A stretch of DNA of 55,792 bases, filler included, from Sphacelaria rigidula (GCA_964200075.2; 4 parts of 4 records of this genome joined end to end with filler, not necessarily neighbours in it); one strand, 5' to 3'; positions 24,471 to 38,357 are shown, numbered from the whole stretch's first letter. Made by a program: numbers and translations. Notes: generated by a model not told the origin, from the letters alone.

Positions 24471-27400
24471 GAAAAAAAGGTGATTCCTCGACTGACACTT
24501 CTGATATTTTTCCCCTTTAAAGTGGTGTTTCCCACACCAGTCGTCACAAAGCAGACCGGAGAAGGAAATGATGAAATGCAGGACACTAAACCAATAAATG
24601 CGGACGTATCTATAACTCTGAACAGATTTTTGAGTGTTCGGATTTGCATAGGAAAGTGTTGCCTTTGGGGCCGGAATGGAAACTTTCGAGCAGTGGATGG
24701 AACTGGCTCATACCTAAGGAATGGATTCGCGGTCGGCAGCAAGTCACGCGAATACGCGGTGCGATTGGTGCGAGGCTCTGGAACAGCTGAACTGAGCCAT
24801 GTCAGATAATGTACGATACGATGTGAATTTACGTGTATGCAAGCTACCGGACGTTACATCAGCTCTATTTTTCATGCCTAGTGGGTAGGCAGGCAGTGTA
24901 GCACGTATGATTAGGGGGAAAATCTTCCTTCCACACATGAACCAGCAGATAATCAGCAGGCATTTCGGCGCGAAAGGATTTCTGGTCGTGAACGATTGTT
25001 GAGGATCGCAAATGCAGGAGTAGTACCAATAAGTATGTGCGGGCAAGGCGACCTTGACCACGCGCTGCTAAAGGTGACCACTCTAGCGCCAGCCGCGACA
25101 AGTCTGGAGTATTCAAGCTATTATCGAAAGAGACCCGACTGAGGCGTACTCTGCTCCCAGTAAGCAGTGTCTTGGCCAGTATAGTCTACCACTTGAGAGG
25201 TTGAAGATAGTTCTCGGAAAATTAAAAAAAATATGGTATATGCCGCAAACATCCCTCTACCGTCATCACATCAGCCAATACGCGGTCGTATGGGAACAGG
25301 TGATTATGATATCGAGAGTAGAACGCTGACTGAGAGTGGCTTTGATCATTCGCTTTAACTCGGCCAATTTATCATTCCGTGTGTGCTTTCCTTTGCATTC
25401 ATCACTGGCGTGCGCTTACAGCTAAACGTCGATATCCTGCTCACGGATATCAAGGGCCTCAGTGGCAAGCCACTACAGAACACATGTCGGGCCTCGTGGA
25501 GGGGCATTTCGGAACTGAAACGCTTCATTCATTAACTGACCGCTTTTCACTCCCAATCGTATCCTCTACTCTCAAGTTTTTTCTTCCGGTTCGTGTTTCC
25601 CCCTCGTTATTTGCAAATAACGTGGGCAAAGTACAAATTGCTACTTACGGTTCGTTTTTCCACTAGATTCTCGGGAAAAGAATACAAGACAAGGGAAATT
25701 TTACGAGATGGGCTCTCCTGGCTTGTATTTTGAGAGAAAATACGAGACGAGATCGACTCGTATTTTCTTCTTGTTTTCTCATTTGCGGTGCGGCGAGACT
25801 ACCAACGCCCGCCAGCCCTGAATATGTTTGTGCCCTATGACATTTACGGGGCTCTCCTGACAGCAATGCCGAACATCCCCAGCGCCGTTTACACACTAGA
25901 CCAAACTTTGCTTCGCCATCCCGGCGCACGCGAGATGTCTTCAGGGGCTGATAATCTATTGGCATCGACCGATCTCTCGGAAACCTGCAGCACAGACAGT
26001 ACCCAGCGCAGAGATTACAGGATACTGTTGTCTGTGCTGTCTCATGCAGTGAGCTGTAGGTGTCAGCTTGCCCAGAACAGCAGTACGCACGGCTGTAGTA
26101 AAAATGATGCGTACAGCGTGAGATATGTGGACAACGTGCAATGCAGGCAACAGCGTGCAGTACTGTACTGTCTGTACTGCCGATTGAACGATAGGATCCA
26201 CATGCCATGCTGCACCTAACGGCTGCCGAAAATGATTTGGAAGACGTGCAGTGCAGACAGTACGTGGGTTGTACTGCCGCATTCAACAGCACAGTAGGAC
26301 GGAAATGTTAGTTTGCCACTTGTACAATGGCTGTACTAATTATGATGTGGGCAACGTGCAGTATAGACAGAACTAAGCAGTACAGTATTGGCTGTTCTGC
26401 CTGCCGCATGCGGCAGTGTACATGCGCAGATGTCAGGTTGGAGACGGTAATATACAAGGGCTGCACTAAAACTGATATGGAGGAGTGCAGTACAGACAGT
26501 ACTACTAGACAGTACAGTACTTTGGTCTATACTGCCGCATACGTGATATAGCAGTATAGATTGAAGATGTCAGTTTGCACACAGTGCGAGCTGGGCTAGC
26601 AGCGATCGGGGAAGGTCTACCTTTCACGTCTTTTTACACACACACAGGGAGCTTGGCATGGTAAAGTCTTTTGGTCTTTGTGCCTCGCCTTGACCTGCGC
26701 ATCCATTCGATTTCCGCTGACCGTCCTTTTGGTATCTCCCCACCCTTTTGGTACCCACCCCCCTGCAAAATATATCTGCAACCGAAAGCTAGGGTCAACA
26801 TCTCTCATAGCATTTTCCTAGCGGAATTTTTTCCTCAAAATTTGTTACAAAAAACGACGGGAAAAAATGAACCGGAAGAAACGGCCTCAATCTCACAAAA
26901 ACATCAGAGAGTTTCGCAAGATTTTATTTTATGTTGTAGAGTCAGAGTGCAGAGTGGAAGCTTCGGAACTTCATAGCGGAGTGATGCTACGATAGGAGGG
27001 AGGGGGTATACTCATGATCATGCATGCCATAGTCATAAGACCATTGTCGGGGGGTATTGTATGCTGTGTATTGTATGCTGTGGGGTATTTTGGGCCGTTT
27101 TTTCCCCACGAAACTCCACTTGCAATCGTCGTTGATAGCAGCAACGGTTGTTCGAACGCGCTTGCTCCCCATAAATTACGCTCATTCATACTGATTGACA
27201 CCGCTTTTACCCAAATACAAGCGCACCGCGAGTGTGTTAGGTCGTCTGAAGCACCTAGGAGCCCAGTTTTTCGCGGCATCGAATACCCCCCCCCCCCTAT
27301 CGTAGCATGACTCAGTGGACGTTAAAACGTTCATAGCGGAAGCTGATGTGACATGGCTTGACGTGATTTTTTTTGTCGCGGTGATTGGCCGCAGGTTGCT

Positions 27401-27847
27401 CCGCCAAATGTACCATCGACACTGACTGTACCGTACACTGCGGCACCGTACGCACCATACACTACGCTTTTTCACATCACCTCCAGTGCTCCAATCCACT
27501 ACGGCGCCCAACAGGACAACGTAGAGCTTTAGTGCTATATTTCTGTGCAGCGTGGAGTACAGTGCAGTACAGAGAGTGCGATACAGAACGCTACAACAGT
27601 GCATTGCGATGCTGTGGACTATAGTAGTCAGCATCACAAGTCTTCAGGATTCGTAGTTGTTGTTGTATTTCTCGAGTGTTTTTTTAGCACTATTCTGCAT
27701 TGCTACTTGAAAGTGCTGGCGCCGGTAGATTTGGAGGAAAGCGTAGGCCGCGCTCAAAGTGCAGTGCCCACGTCAACAGCTGATCCCAATTTTTTGGGTT
27801 GAAACATAAAATGAGGTTGAAGTCCCATCCCTCCATTGCAGGGAAGA

Positions 27848-27947
27848 NNNNNNNNNNNNNNNNNNNNNNNNNNNNNNNNNNNNNNNNNNNNTTAATTAAT
27901 TAANNNNNNNNNNNNNNNNNNNNNNNNNNNNNNNNNNNNNNNNNNNN
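27848..27947. other. Artificial contig linker
   Basis: Same 100-nt N/TTAATTAATTAA/N spacer. Confidence 0.97.
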
Positions 27948-28044
27948 TGGGGAGGAAGATACTTTCGCTCTGTGTTACTCTTTCGTATCTTCCGTGCAGT
28001 AGAGAAATGCGACTTCAATCTCATTTTTTGTTTCAAACCCAAAA

Positions 28045-28250
28045 ATTAGGATCCGCTGTTAGACCAAGAATTTGGCGAAACTCCGACGAGCGCATCAGCA
28101 GGCGTCGCGCCTGGCGCTGCTGCCAGCGTCGCCACCGGCGCCACCACCGGCGCCGGCGCAGTGTGCAACACTGTATAAGTCGGTCCCACATGCACCGCCC
28201 GTTGCTTAGCAGCAGCACCTACGGCGGCGCTGGACCCAGGAACAGACCCA

Positions 28251-28282
<32 letters not shown>

Positions 28283-29190
28283 ACAACTCGACTGCGACCC
28301 TCCACCGCCGGAGGGTCGGCCGCCGCCACTACCCCGATCATCTCGTCCTTTGCCCTTGTGCTGACGACGCTGACGGCGCGCGGCACGAGACTGCCCAGAC
28401 TCCCCAGCGGAAGACGTTGGTCAATCGCGCGCGTAATGGCCGACCTGGCCACAGCGGTGGCAAGTGATGGTCGCGGCCCGGCCGGCTGATGTCGAGCCGT
28501 GGTGGCGCAAGACTTCGGCGAGGAGGTAGACGACTAGCTGAACACCACTGTCTTCCGCCACTGCTTGGCCCCGACCACGACGGTATCTATTCCAAGGTAG
28601 GGGTTAGCCTTTCAGTCGGTCTCGTGCTGCAACTTGACGAGCACGGCTTGCTTACATATTCCCGGCCCTGCAAGCCTTGATGATTACTGCAGCAGGACCG
28701 GGAATAAAGTCACCATCGGGGGAACGATGTACCAGTTCAACGTTTCGATTTCCCTGGAAGTATTTCTCCAGATTTAACAATATTGGCTCCACCCGCTCTA
28801 GCACCATATTTCCCCGAGAGTCCATGGCGACAGCTTTCGCCACGACCGCGGACGCTTGGGTCAGCTCCACCTCGGCGCCCGCCGCATGCCCAGAATGCGT
28901 TTTGATCGCCGCAACCAATTGCGGCGGGGTGATTGTATTCTCATCATGTTTCACACGAGCATAAACTCTGTGCACATGCGTTGGCACTTGTTGAGCCATC
29001 GACACCACCTGATGTCGCACAGCATCCCCTGCTTTAGCGTGCTCCACATGCTTCTGGTACTCCAAGTACTTGGTGTAGAAAGTGCGAGATTCACTGTCAT
29101 GGAGGACCTATCCCCGTATTGAGGAGGTCGCAACTCTTCCCGCATTAACACGGGCGTCACGCTGGACGCAACACGCGAGCCGGTCGCCAT
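28045..29190 (-). mobile_element. Decayed retrotransposon gag with CCHC zinc knuckle
   Basis: CHRCGQVGHYARD* at 28462-28421 (C-X2-C-X4-H-X4 with TGA at the last Cys position); upstream ORF 28652-29065; frameshifts and stops; poly-Q (CTG tract near 28253-28282). Confidence 0.7.
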
Positions 29191-32100
29191 GGCAGCAGTC
29201 GGCTACCTGCGAACCTTTCGCAGGCCAGCGGACCGTCTCGAATTGGACACTTCACCCTTCCTGCGTCGCTGCACGACGCAGTCGTAGGAGCCTCCAAACT
29301 CCCGCTGCACGCAGCTTCAGCAAGTCTCCAGTCTGGACCAATCACAGGCCAGCCGCCTTTCTGCAGCTACTTCAGCTCGACCCCCCTCCACGCGTCCGCG
29401 ATTAATCAGGTTGTCCTCAGATTCCAGACTCTTGCGCCGAAATTCTTCCAGCAGGTTCCCTCAGGTACTGGCACTACAATGTCGATATTGTGGCGCCAGC
29501 CAGAAGAAGAACTGCTGGATCACTCCTGCTTGAGGGATTCCTCAGTCGCACTGGCCTCAGATTCAGTTGTCGGCCTTTACAACATTTCATTTTCCGGAGT
29601 GCCCTAGCAGGCACAGCCTCAAAGACCCGTCAGGGTATCATCCCCGTATCCCCGGTAATTATCCAGATCATGACTACCAACTCAGCGTCACGGCGTTGTT
29701 TCGTCAGAGGCTTGAGCTTATGCCTGTATGGTGTTCGCGGGGCCAGCGGGGTTCTCACTTTCATGTGCTGTCGTGTTAGACTGTGTCTGACACCTTTACA
29801 TGCGTCCCTCCAGCTTCTCTTGTTTACTACTGATTGCATGTTCATGTCCCGCAGACAGATTTCGAGCCGGAAAATGTTTCCATACCCTGTGTTTTTTTGT
29901 TTTTTTTCTGGTGGCAGGGGGCAGCGCGGAGAATATTTTCGGACAGGAAGCCACCCCCCCTCCCCCGAGAGGGCAATTTTTCCGAAATTTGTAATGATTT
30001 GGTTTTGTCAACGTTGTTGCAAGAAGTTCATCAGTAAACACTAACAAGAACAGAAAAAGTCTGGTGGGTTTCGCGGGGTTTGTATGTCTGCTTCTGCTCC
30101 TTGCCCGCTCTGTCCTGATGACCTCAGATGCCGGGGGGTATTTTTTCCGAAAATTCTCCTGTTTCTTATGTTTTATTTCCGTTTATTTTGTTGCAAGAAA
30201 TTGATCCCACGGCAGCTGACCGCATCCGCCAGCGCTTCGGCAATAGATCAGGGGACGGACGGCCGGGTCCCCCCTCCCCCCCGCCCCCTCTTTTCGGCCT
30301 TGGGGCCTACGTGTCCAGGTGTTTGTTCACGCGGCCCCCTGCTGGTGGTGGTAATTTTTCGTGCCCTGCTTCTCCTCTGTCGTGGTGACCAGGTCACCCG
30401 ATGACCCACCGTGGCGGCAAAGAGGTAATGGGGTCACTATTAGAGTTGGAGGTGGTAAGAGACCACGCTCTCCAAACCTTTTGTAGAATGAAACCATCGG
30501 TAATACCCGTAGGCAGGGGAGGAAAACAGTGGAGGGGAGAGAGGAGACAACACCGCCGTCTGTACAATACCGCATGATTCCACTTCGGATTTCTTTGTCC
30601 ACCTACACAATCATCCCCAGGGTAAATCATCTGTGTTGCATTGGCACAAATTTGACTCCAAAAGTGAGGCATGACTGAACAGTACGGCGGTAACCAATGG
30701 ATCATTTATGGCCTCCTGGGGTTCTCTTCGAACCGACCGATCGGATCCTCCGTTTGTGACGGAGTGTAGCTCGATGTTTCCCATCAGAAAAAAACCGGGA
30801 CACTTGTTCGTAGTTTTTCCTCGTGATAGCTTTTGAGCGATTTGCATCCTAATAATAAAAGGTGTTGCCGAGACAAAAAACAGAAAGACGGAAAAATAAC
30901 AAGCATCCACAGTAGCATATTGATTAGCCGTCGCAACCATAAATACGCCCGGTGACAAATCAACATGCTACTTTTAGGCGCTTGCCAAGTTCCTCTCCCG
31001 CTTTTTCACGTCACCTCCATAAGACATGGCCTGACAGTAAGCACAGGAGACTGGCCCATAACTTCGTCAATGCCACATCATAGAGCACAGGCAGTAGGAC
31101 TAGAATCCATGTGACCTAGACAGGACGATGCTCTTCAGGATTCGTGGAAATCGCAATGAGCAACAGTTTCAAGAAAAAAGGAAAGCGGCGGCAGGTGTTT
31201 ACACGTCATGGGAAGTATGGGGTCGTGAAGTGTACGAGGCAAATTCACGGCGTGATCGTGGCAGGGTGCAGCAACAGCCGGGATTTAGTTTGAAGCTTCA
31301 AACGGCGCTTTCCATCATTTGATTTTGGGCAAAGCACCAAAAAAAATACACCCTGGTCCTTCTGGAACAAATAAGGGCAACGGAGTTCTCCCTTTGGGGC
31401 GTGGCGCTGCACGCGGGCCAAACACCTCGAAAGCATGTTCCAGCGCCTCAACCCCACGCCCATGGTGTCTGGGCAGCATACCCGGCCAGTTTTTCATCTT
31501 CACAAGTGTAACTAAGCAGACGTACGCTGCCGAAAATGAGAGGGTGTGACATTACCCACCAGGAGGGTACACGCTGCCCTCTCCCGAGAAACCATCTCAT
31601 CATTTCTTGTTCGCCTGTTGACCGGGTACAGCAAGTCATAGTTCACGTTATTTCGGAGATTCAACCCGAAGCTGCAATGAGCACGAACTTTCCCGCCGAC
31701 TTAACGTCCGTCTTTTGCCTTGGATACATGAGGGCGTTCACCTACTCTATACACGTACTACACTCCGTGAACCCAAGTGACACCCGCCGCAAAAGCCATC
31801 GCCCTGGACTTTAGTCAGGGTAATGCACCGTTCCCTCGGTTTTATAAACTTACACGAAACACCATAAAACGCCCTGGTTGGACTAGCCATGTGCACGTCC
31901 TCGTAACCCCCTGACTACGAGCTTATTGCATTCTCAACACACCATCGGTCGTTGGCCATCCCAACCTCGAAAGGGAAGACGTGTTTTTTATGGTGTACAC
32001 ACCAAAAACCTGCGCGGCTGAGAGAATTGACCTCGGGCTCTCATCATGTCTGATATTTCGAGAAAACGACGGTGTAACAACACATGGCGGGCGGGGCTAC

Positions 32101-33180
32101 CGGATCCACGTTGCTCGTCAGAAATCAAGCTGACAAGAAATGCAACAGACCAAACAGCACCACAACACAAGACACAATGAAAACACTCACGTATCAAAAA
32201 TGCTTCTTGTGGTAAAAGGTCAGCAGCAGCAACAATAACGCTGGCAACACAGCTTCATGCACTTCAACTGACGAGGAACAACAAAACTAAACCCATCCTG
32301 ACTATGAGGCATGGTAAGACGCTACTGTGCTGATGGACACCACTCGTATACAAGATGGCGTCACTACTCCTTCCGTACACGCACTTGCCACCGTTGCTTG
32401 GTCACTTCGCACCGAGAAACACCAAAATGAACGAAACATATAGTCACGTTCCAACATAATAATGACGTAATTTCGAAACCAACACTGCATACACACGCAG
32501 GGCCAGGAAGCAGCCCGCTCTCCTGCCTGAGTGGAACCGCGCAAGGCAGTCCGGTTCAGTCCAGTTAACACTGCTGTTTGTTTATACGTACACTAGTTCC
32601 AGCATAACATTGACTCAACATATAACACTTGACACCAAGAGGTCGGTGGGAAGAGAGTACACGGTACAGTATGTCAACAGCAAAGTCATGCTCCACCCCC
32701 TTCCCTCGTCCATCAGACACGCCCCATGTCCCATCTCATCTCCGGACGATCAGTCACTCAGGATATCCTCTGCCCCTGCTCGCCCAGCCTCCCACCACAC
32801 GCTCGACAGCACAACTGGATCGATCATCTTCCCTCGCCCGTATATTACAACTCTTGAATCTATTCCGTCCGAGGGGATATAACTCTTGTATTAGCGTGGC
32901 GCATCCTCACGAGATAAAAGGCGCACCCTCGAACCTGGAAGTTCTCATCATCTCGACAGGCATACAAGTTAAATGCGGAGTAACCATGATGTGTGGAAAC
33001 AGCTAACGGTTCACTCAGTCCGATTTTATCCCCTCAACCTGATCTTCACCAAGCCGTAAGAGCTAATTCGGACACCGCGAGATTACGACGAACCGAAATA
33101 TTACTCGGCCGAGCATACATTACAGTGGTACAGTTTGACGGAAAGACAACGAACAAAATCCACCCAACACGCGGTGAAAC

Positions 33181-33252
33181 TTAGAAAACAATCATGGCGG
33201 TGCGGTGGTTGAGTGGCTGGTTGGGGCGGTTGGTGTTCCCTTGCTCGTCCAC
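33181..33252 (-). CDS. Alpha-carbonic anhydrase, terminal exon
   Basis: TAG|GTG acceptor; VDEQGNTNRPNQPLNHRTAMIVF-TAA (NxRPxQPLNxR motif). Confidence 0.9.
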   Translation of the reverse strand: MDEQGNTNRPNQPLNHRTAMIVF

Positions 33253-33649
33253 CTAAACGACAGACAAATATATATACACAAGGACAGGTGGAGCGGCGCC
33301 GTGGGGAGGAGGCGGAGACCGACTAAACGTAGAGATAAAAAAGGCGACATCGCATCGACTCCAATAAATAATATCAAGCAGCGTCGTACCCATGTGTTGC
33401 ATGCCGTGGCAGTCGGGAGAATCATCTGGGGATGACGGAAGCATCATTTTACTGTGTATTTTGATCAAAGCGCGACCGCCGATGGTCAATCTCCGCTATT
33501 CCCCACGTGTACTTTCTCACAAAAGGTGGCTACATGGGCGGTTTCTGTCTTTCCCATCTGCAGCGATCATTTCTTTTATTTATATATATGTTTTTCATAT
33601 GCGCGTGTTATCATGCTATTTTTTCTGGACTGCACTTTACACCTTCAAG

Positions 33650-33905
33650 TACATGTGGGGTCACCAGCCAGGGTGACAGGAGGAAGGTCAACACAGGATT
33701 CTTTTTTAGTACCCCACCTTCCTTCTGTGATGCTTGCCTTCATTCTTTATCGCGAGAGAGGTACAGCAGTCCCTTTACCTCGTCAACCGTCGAGTCGAAT
33801 TTCGTGTACCCACGACATATCCGCTGTCCACGGTTGGGCACTGTGTGAGAAAAACCCCATATCGCTCCAAGAATCAAACCCACGACCCGACCGTCAGAAG
33901 GTTCC
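33650..33905 (-). mobile_element. SINE-like repeat in the last carbonic anhydrase intron, flanked by ~100-bp diverged direct repeats (33466-33570, 33925-34030)
   Basis: Degenerate tRNA-like head on the minus strand (GGTCGTGGGTTTGATTC); the flanking duplicates both start AAAGCGCGAC. Confidence 0.45.
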
Positions 33906-34339
33906 TATTACTGTATACTCCGATGAAAGCGCGACTGCTAATGGCTAATTTTCGCTATCCCCCACATGTACTTGCTCGAAAAAAGTGGCTGCATGGGCGG
34001 TTCCTGTCTCCCCCATCTACAGCAATCAATATAAATATTTCTCATGTCCATCATCACAACTTCCTCCGCTGCGACTCGGTCGTCTCACTGACATGCGACC
34101 GAATCCAGTAACTTCCGAGGGAATGCCGGCCCAAATCTCGCCGGGCGCATCTGACGTTTTCTCGTGTGAGTCGTCTAATTTCAAAAGTGTTGAACGTGAG
34201 GTGGACATGAGGATGACAACGAGTTTTTGGCCCGAGCTAGGGTCTTCACGTCGCGGTCGTGCTGATTTCGCGTTGGTTTCGCCTAACATATGTTGTGCTC
34301 ACACTCTGAAACGTTGGACAGTACAACAACCCATCATAC

Positions 34340-34435
34340 CTTGGAATCGGGGATGGTAGCGGAGTGGTGGCGGTACTGCTGCAGCTGTAGATCGCTCATC
34401 AAAATAGGATCGGTCATGACTATCCACTTCACGCC
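34340..34435 (-). CDS. Alpha-carbonic anhydrase exon
   Basis: GVKWIVMTDPILMSDLQLQQYRHHSATIPDSK; 96 nt, AG/GT, phase 0. Confidence 0.9.
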
Positions 34436-34663
34436 CTGGAAGAGAAAGTCGCACACACACGTGAGCGTCCATGGGTGGGTGGAACAGGTGAGCATATCGC
34501 AGCGCAAAGCATATGCGTCAAAAACTTCCAGTTCAGTCACGAAGTCGTGTGTCTTTGCCAGTAGATACAGTACATGTCCGCCTAAATCTTCCCGTGGTAA
34601 CGTCCAAGTACTTTGTAACGTCCGAGTAACGTCCAAGTAGCGTCTAACTAACGTCTGACTAAC

Positions 34664-34807
34664 CTCTGTGCACGGCGGGGTGGTAAGGGAGCCCATGTAG
34701 TGCACGTAGGACGGGGTAGCCGGTAGCATTGCGTACACATCAGACGGGAACTCCTTCTCCGTAGTATCACGCTCATTGACGTTCAGGACAGACCACAGCT
34801 TATCGAT
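34664..34807 (-). CDS. Alpha-carbonic anhydrase exon (GSLTTPPC)
   Basis: IDKLWSVL...LPATPSYVHYMGSLTTPPCTE; 144 nt, AG/GT, phase 0. Confidence 0.95.
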
Positions 34808-35877
34808 CTGCGCCAAGCGGGTAGTTTGAAGTTTCGTGTGCGCAGTGGACGGGGGACGGAGGGGGGGGGAGATGGTGAATAAACACACATTTTTTACCTA
34901 GGTACGTTTGATGGAAGTTCTCGTGTCCATTTATCGCACGGGGGCTGATAGCTGACCGTTTGACAGATTCAGGAACGGCCGGTCTCGCGGAATAGAACAC
35001 AATGTTCATGGTTTCTGTTACCTTCGTGTGGCGGAATCTCCTGGTGAATTGGTTCAAGTCGACTCCAGAGGTTTTGTCAGACGGGATGACTACTTCACGT
35101 GAAATCATCTCAAGCAACCTCTGCCGCGAGCGTTACGGGACTCTTCATGTCGACTAATGCGCGTGTTGTCATCCCATCTTCTTGAACGCCACTCAACACT
35201 CATTGTCACGACTGGGCCATCGGAGCGACCAGGCTCGAATGCATTGAATTTGAAAGTCATGTAGTTATCTTGCCAATCAAATTACACCCCATCAAACGGG
35301 TCCGTCACAGGAGGTTGTTTTGCTAAATTCCAGCTGCAGAACTGCGTGGAACACCCCAGGTAATGGTCCATGGTAATCAACACTTCGCGGCGAATCTCCA
35401 TCCTACCGTGTTCCTAACAGCCGGCAGCGAAATACGATTCCATTTTTCCGTACATCCGAGGCGCTGAGAATCTTGGTTGATCTACACTTAGATATGGTTT
35501 GGGGAATCATCAGCTGGCGAAAAACCGAAAGTAATGTGACATACTCACCTGCACCCCCCGCGATTGAAAATTTACCTTTCTTCGGCACAGATTCGGAACT
35601 TCGCATTCAGGTGTTGGGCTGTGATAGTCTCAAGTTTTCGGCGGCGTGCACGTCATCATTGCAAGGGCGTCAATTTGACCTCTGTCGATGCAAAGCGAGG
35701 ATGAGTTTTCCCTCCCGCCTTAGACTCTCCAGTTCGCTTTGCTTGGTTCCATGACGAGGGCTGTGCTAGCTTGGGGATGTGACAAAAACAAGTCAGTGTT
35801 GACCACGGAATTGACACATGTTGCATGGAAAGTTGCGGCAATGTCACCGATCTGATACCGCACGCTTTTCATCTCAC

Positions 35878-35997
35878 CTCCTCGTTGTCTCCATACATGG
35901 ACGAGTCGATGAGGATGCCTACCACCAACAGCGAGCTGTCTGTTCCATCTCTCACGTGCACAAGGTGGACTTCCGCATCGTGGTGGGTGGAACCGAT
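35878..35997 (-). CDS. Alpha-carbonic anhydrase exon (third Zn-ligand His)
   Basis: IGSTHHDAEVHLVHVRDGTDSSLLVVGILIDSSMYGDNEE (ExHLVH motif); 120 nt, phase 0. Confidence 0.93.
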
Positions 35998-36743
35998 CTG
36001 TTTCATTTTATTTTTCCCAATGGGAGAAAATTGAGCACTAAGAAACACTCCCGACACATCCTCACTGTTTCTTGCCGTGGCCCTCATTCGTGTTTTCTCT
36101 TGAACGAGACCGCGTTTGGGGTTATTACTTCGCAAAAAAATGTCCTTGCTTTTTTCATCTGGCGGGAAGCGAGTCAGGAGGGTAAATAAACGTGAGAGAG
36201 CTTGAATGATGGGCCATGTTGGATTGACTCCTTTTGCGACGCATATTTTGGCAGCATTGTTCGGTGACACCCGGCTTCTCATCTACTTGGATACGCGAGG
36301 TGCCATGGGTAGACAAATGGAATATGGCGATATCCAACTCAGGGGGCCAGGCTCACTTCCGTGGCCTCGAGGCGCTGGATGACGGCAGTGCCAATATGAG
36401 CGCACCACTATCTCACGCGCACAGGACAGGAGCCACTGAAACACAACAACAAACACGCGCTCCCTTTACATTTTCGAGTCGACTCAAACTGTGACGATAT
36501 AGGTATGCAACTTGTCTACGACGAGCTCTCTTCAACACCCGCAGTCATGTATACCGAACACAAAGCGCTCCAATTTACTTGACAGGGCTACCCTTTTTGA
36601 CAGACAGGACCGAGTGTCAATCGGAGAAATGAAAACAATTACAGTACGCTCCAGTCCCGTGAGACGACAGGCATCGGTGCACCTAGGAGAACGACATTAA
36701 TACATGATTAATACAGGTGCGTTATACAGGTGTGATGGCTCAC

Positions 36744-36842
36744 GCTGTGCTCCGAGGCGGAGTGTATGTGCAGCTGTAGGAATGTGTACGTTTGCCCCTC
36801 GAAGGACAGGAAGGGCGGCGCTGCGCACCCAGAGTAGTCCAC
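36744..36842 (-). CDS. Alpha-carbonic anhydrase exon (first two Zn-ligand His)
   Basis: VDYSGCAAPPFLSFEGQTYTFLQLHIHSASEHS (QxHxH and SEH motifs); 99 nt, CAG|...|GTGAGC. Confidence 0.93.
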
Positions 36843-37229
36843 CTGTTGATTTCCGCATTGAAACACCAACAACCCGGTTGGTCGGCCATGGTAAGAGTGG
36901 GAAACGGGGCGCGACAGTACTTTATCTCAGAGGGCGGGCAGCCGTTCCACTGATTATTGTAGACTATACGCTATTCGGTATAAATTCCTGCTGTACCGTT
37001 CGATTTCGCCTCATAGTATAATCATTTGCTTGCTACTGATTCAGAGTGATTGATAACTGAGAGGCATTTGATACGACGCGCCGCTTACTTTTAACCCATC
37101 CATATCGTTACCGTAGTACGGTAGTCCACGGTATTCTTCTGTCTTGATTCCACCGTGATTTTGGAACACAGCTGGTTTGGGTGATGTATGTAGTTTTCCA
37201 ACGCGTTGTGTAATGCATGACTTTCACAC

Positions 37230-37313
37230 CTTGTAGGAGTCGCCGTCGACCTCGTATATGAGGTCAGTAGACTGACACAATGTTGGCGTGAAGTGAAGGT
37301 CGAACTCTTCCGG
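37230..37313 (-). CDS. Alpha-carbonic anhydrase exon
   Basis: PEEFDLHFTPTLCQSTDLIYEVDGDSYK; 84 nt, CAG|...|GTGTGA; fills the expected gap between QSPINL and the QxHxH exon. Confidence 0.75.
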
Positions 37314-37749
37314 CTGTGTTTGTTGTCCAAGTTTCATGGCATGTCGCGGGGGGGAAACACACGGGCATATGACAGAGCGAGGGCGAAGCAAACACCGCGA
37401 AAACGAGCCACACACGAGATGGGTCGAGAGGAAACAAACAAGGACAGCTGCTTCTCTAGCACTTACCGGGATCGAGCAGTCAGGCAACAAACATCCACAA
37501 CTACGTGCCACACTATTTCGCCGGAGAAAAACACCGTGTGTTTGCAGCAGCGTTGACGTCGTGACCAGCGAACGCTCATCACCGCAGCGGTTGAAAGATA
37601 ATCCGTGGTTACCAAGCATCACCTCTGATAGCACGTCGAAATAGGTAGGGTAAAGTATAGCCAGTACTTGTTAATTCCGTCTTGACTCGTGAAAGTTCGA
37701 ATATAACTTCGATGCACGGGAGACGTCCTACAGTACCACCACGACTGAC

Positions 37750-37834
37750 CCTCGCAACTTCCCCCGTGGCAAGGGAGAGGTTGATCGGGCTCTGTTCTGC
37801 TCCACCGCATTCCGGGTATCCCAAATGCCACTCG
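37750..37834 (-). CDS. Alpha-carbonic anhydrase exon (QSPI motif)
   Basis: (S)EWHLGYPECGGAEQSPINLSLATGEVAR; 85 nt, CAG|...|GTCAGT. Confidence 0.9.
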
Positions 37835-38357
37835 CTGCGCACAGATCAGGAGGGGCAGTCCGGGGGTGGGGGTAGGGGGGGGAAGGGTAGAGGAAACGGA
37901 GGAAGAATGGGGAATAAGTCACAAATCCAGAGTGAACTCGATGGTTCATTTATTCTCGCGATGCAAGCTAACTGCACCATAGTGGGCATGTACGTCCCTT
38001 CCGGCTCGTGAGGGGCAGAGGAGGTGGTCGATAGAAAGACCTCCAGGTGAGGCGAGCGGGGAAGGCAGTGCCGTCAATTGCAATGAGAATTCGGAGTTAC
38101 AGTTCGTCCACGTCCACGCTTCCAAGATTATATGTACCTAAAAGGTCGAAGCAAGGGACGCTCGGGGCGACAGCGAAATTTCGCGAGGGCTACACTTGTT
38201 CTGTGAAAATACCCGTAGATGAACAATACTAAATCAACAATCGGGTGCTGGTGCATTCATCTACTTCGAACGGGAAACAATTAAGCCAGCGAATATCAGT
38301 CCCGTCCTGCTTTGCGGACTGCTGCAGCCGCGCACGGATACACACAAATATACATAC

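Noticed and set aside
25960-26600. 209-aa and 143-aa Cys-rich ORFs (similar tracts at 12170-12560 and 27380-27630)
   Set aside because: They arise from low-complexity CAGTAC/ACTGTA-rich repeats; no domain signal
27770-28062. Apparent inverted repeat spanning the second linker (GATCCCAATTTTTTGGGTTGAAAC... vs ...GTTTCAAACCCAAAAATTAGGATC)
   Set aside because: The two arms lie on different contigs; both probably end in the same repeat family, so the hairpin is an artefact of concatenation
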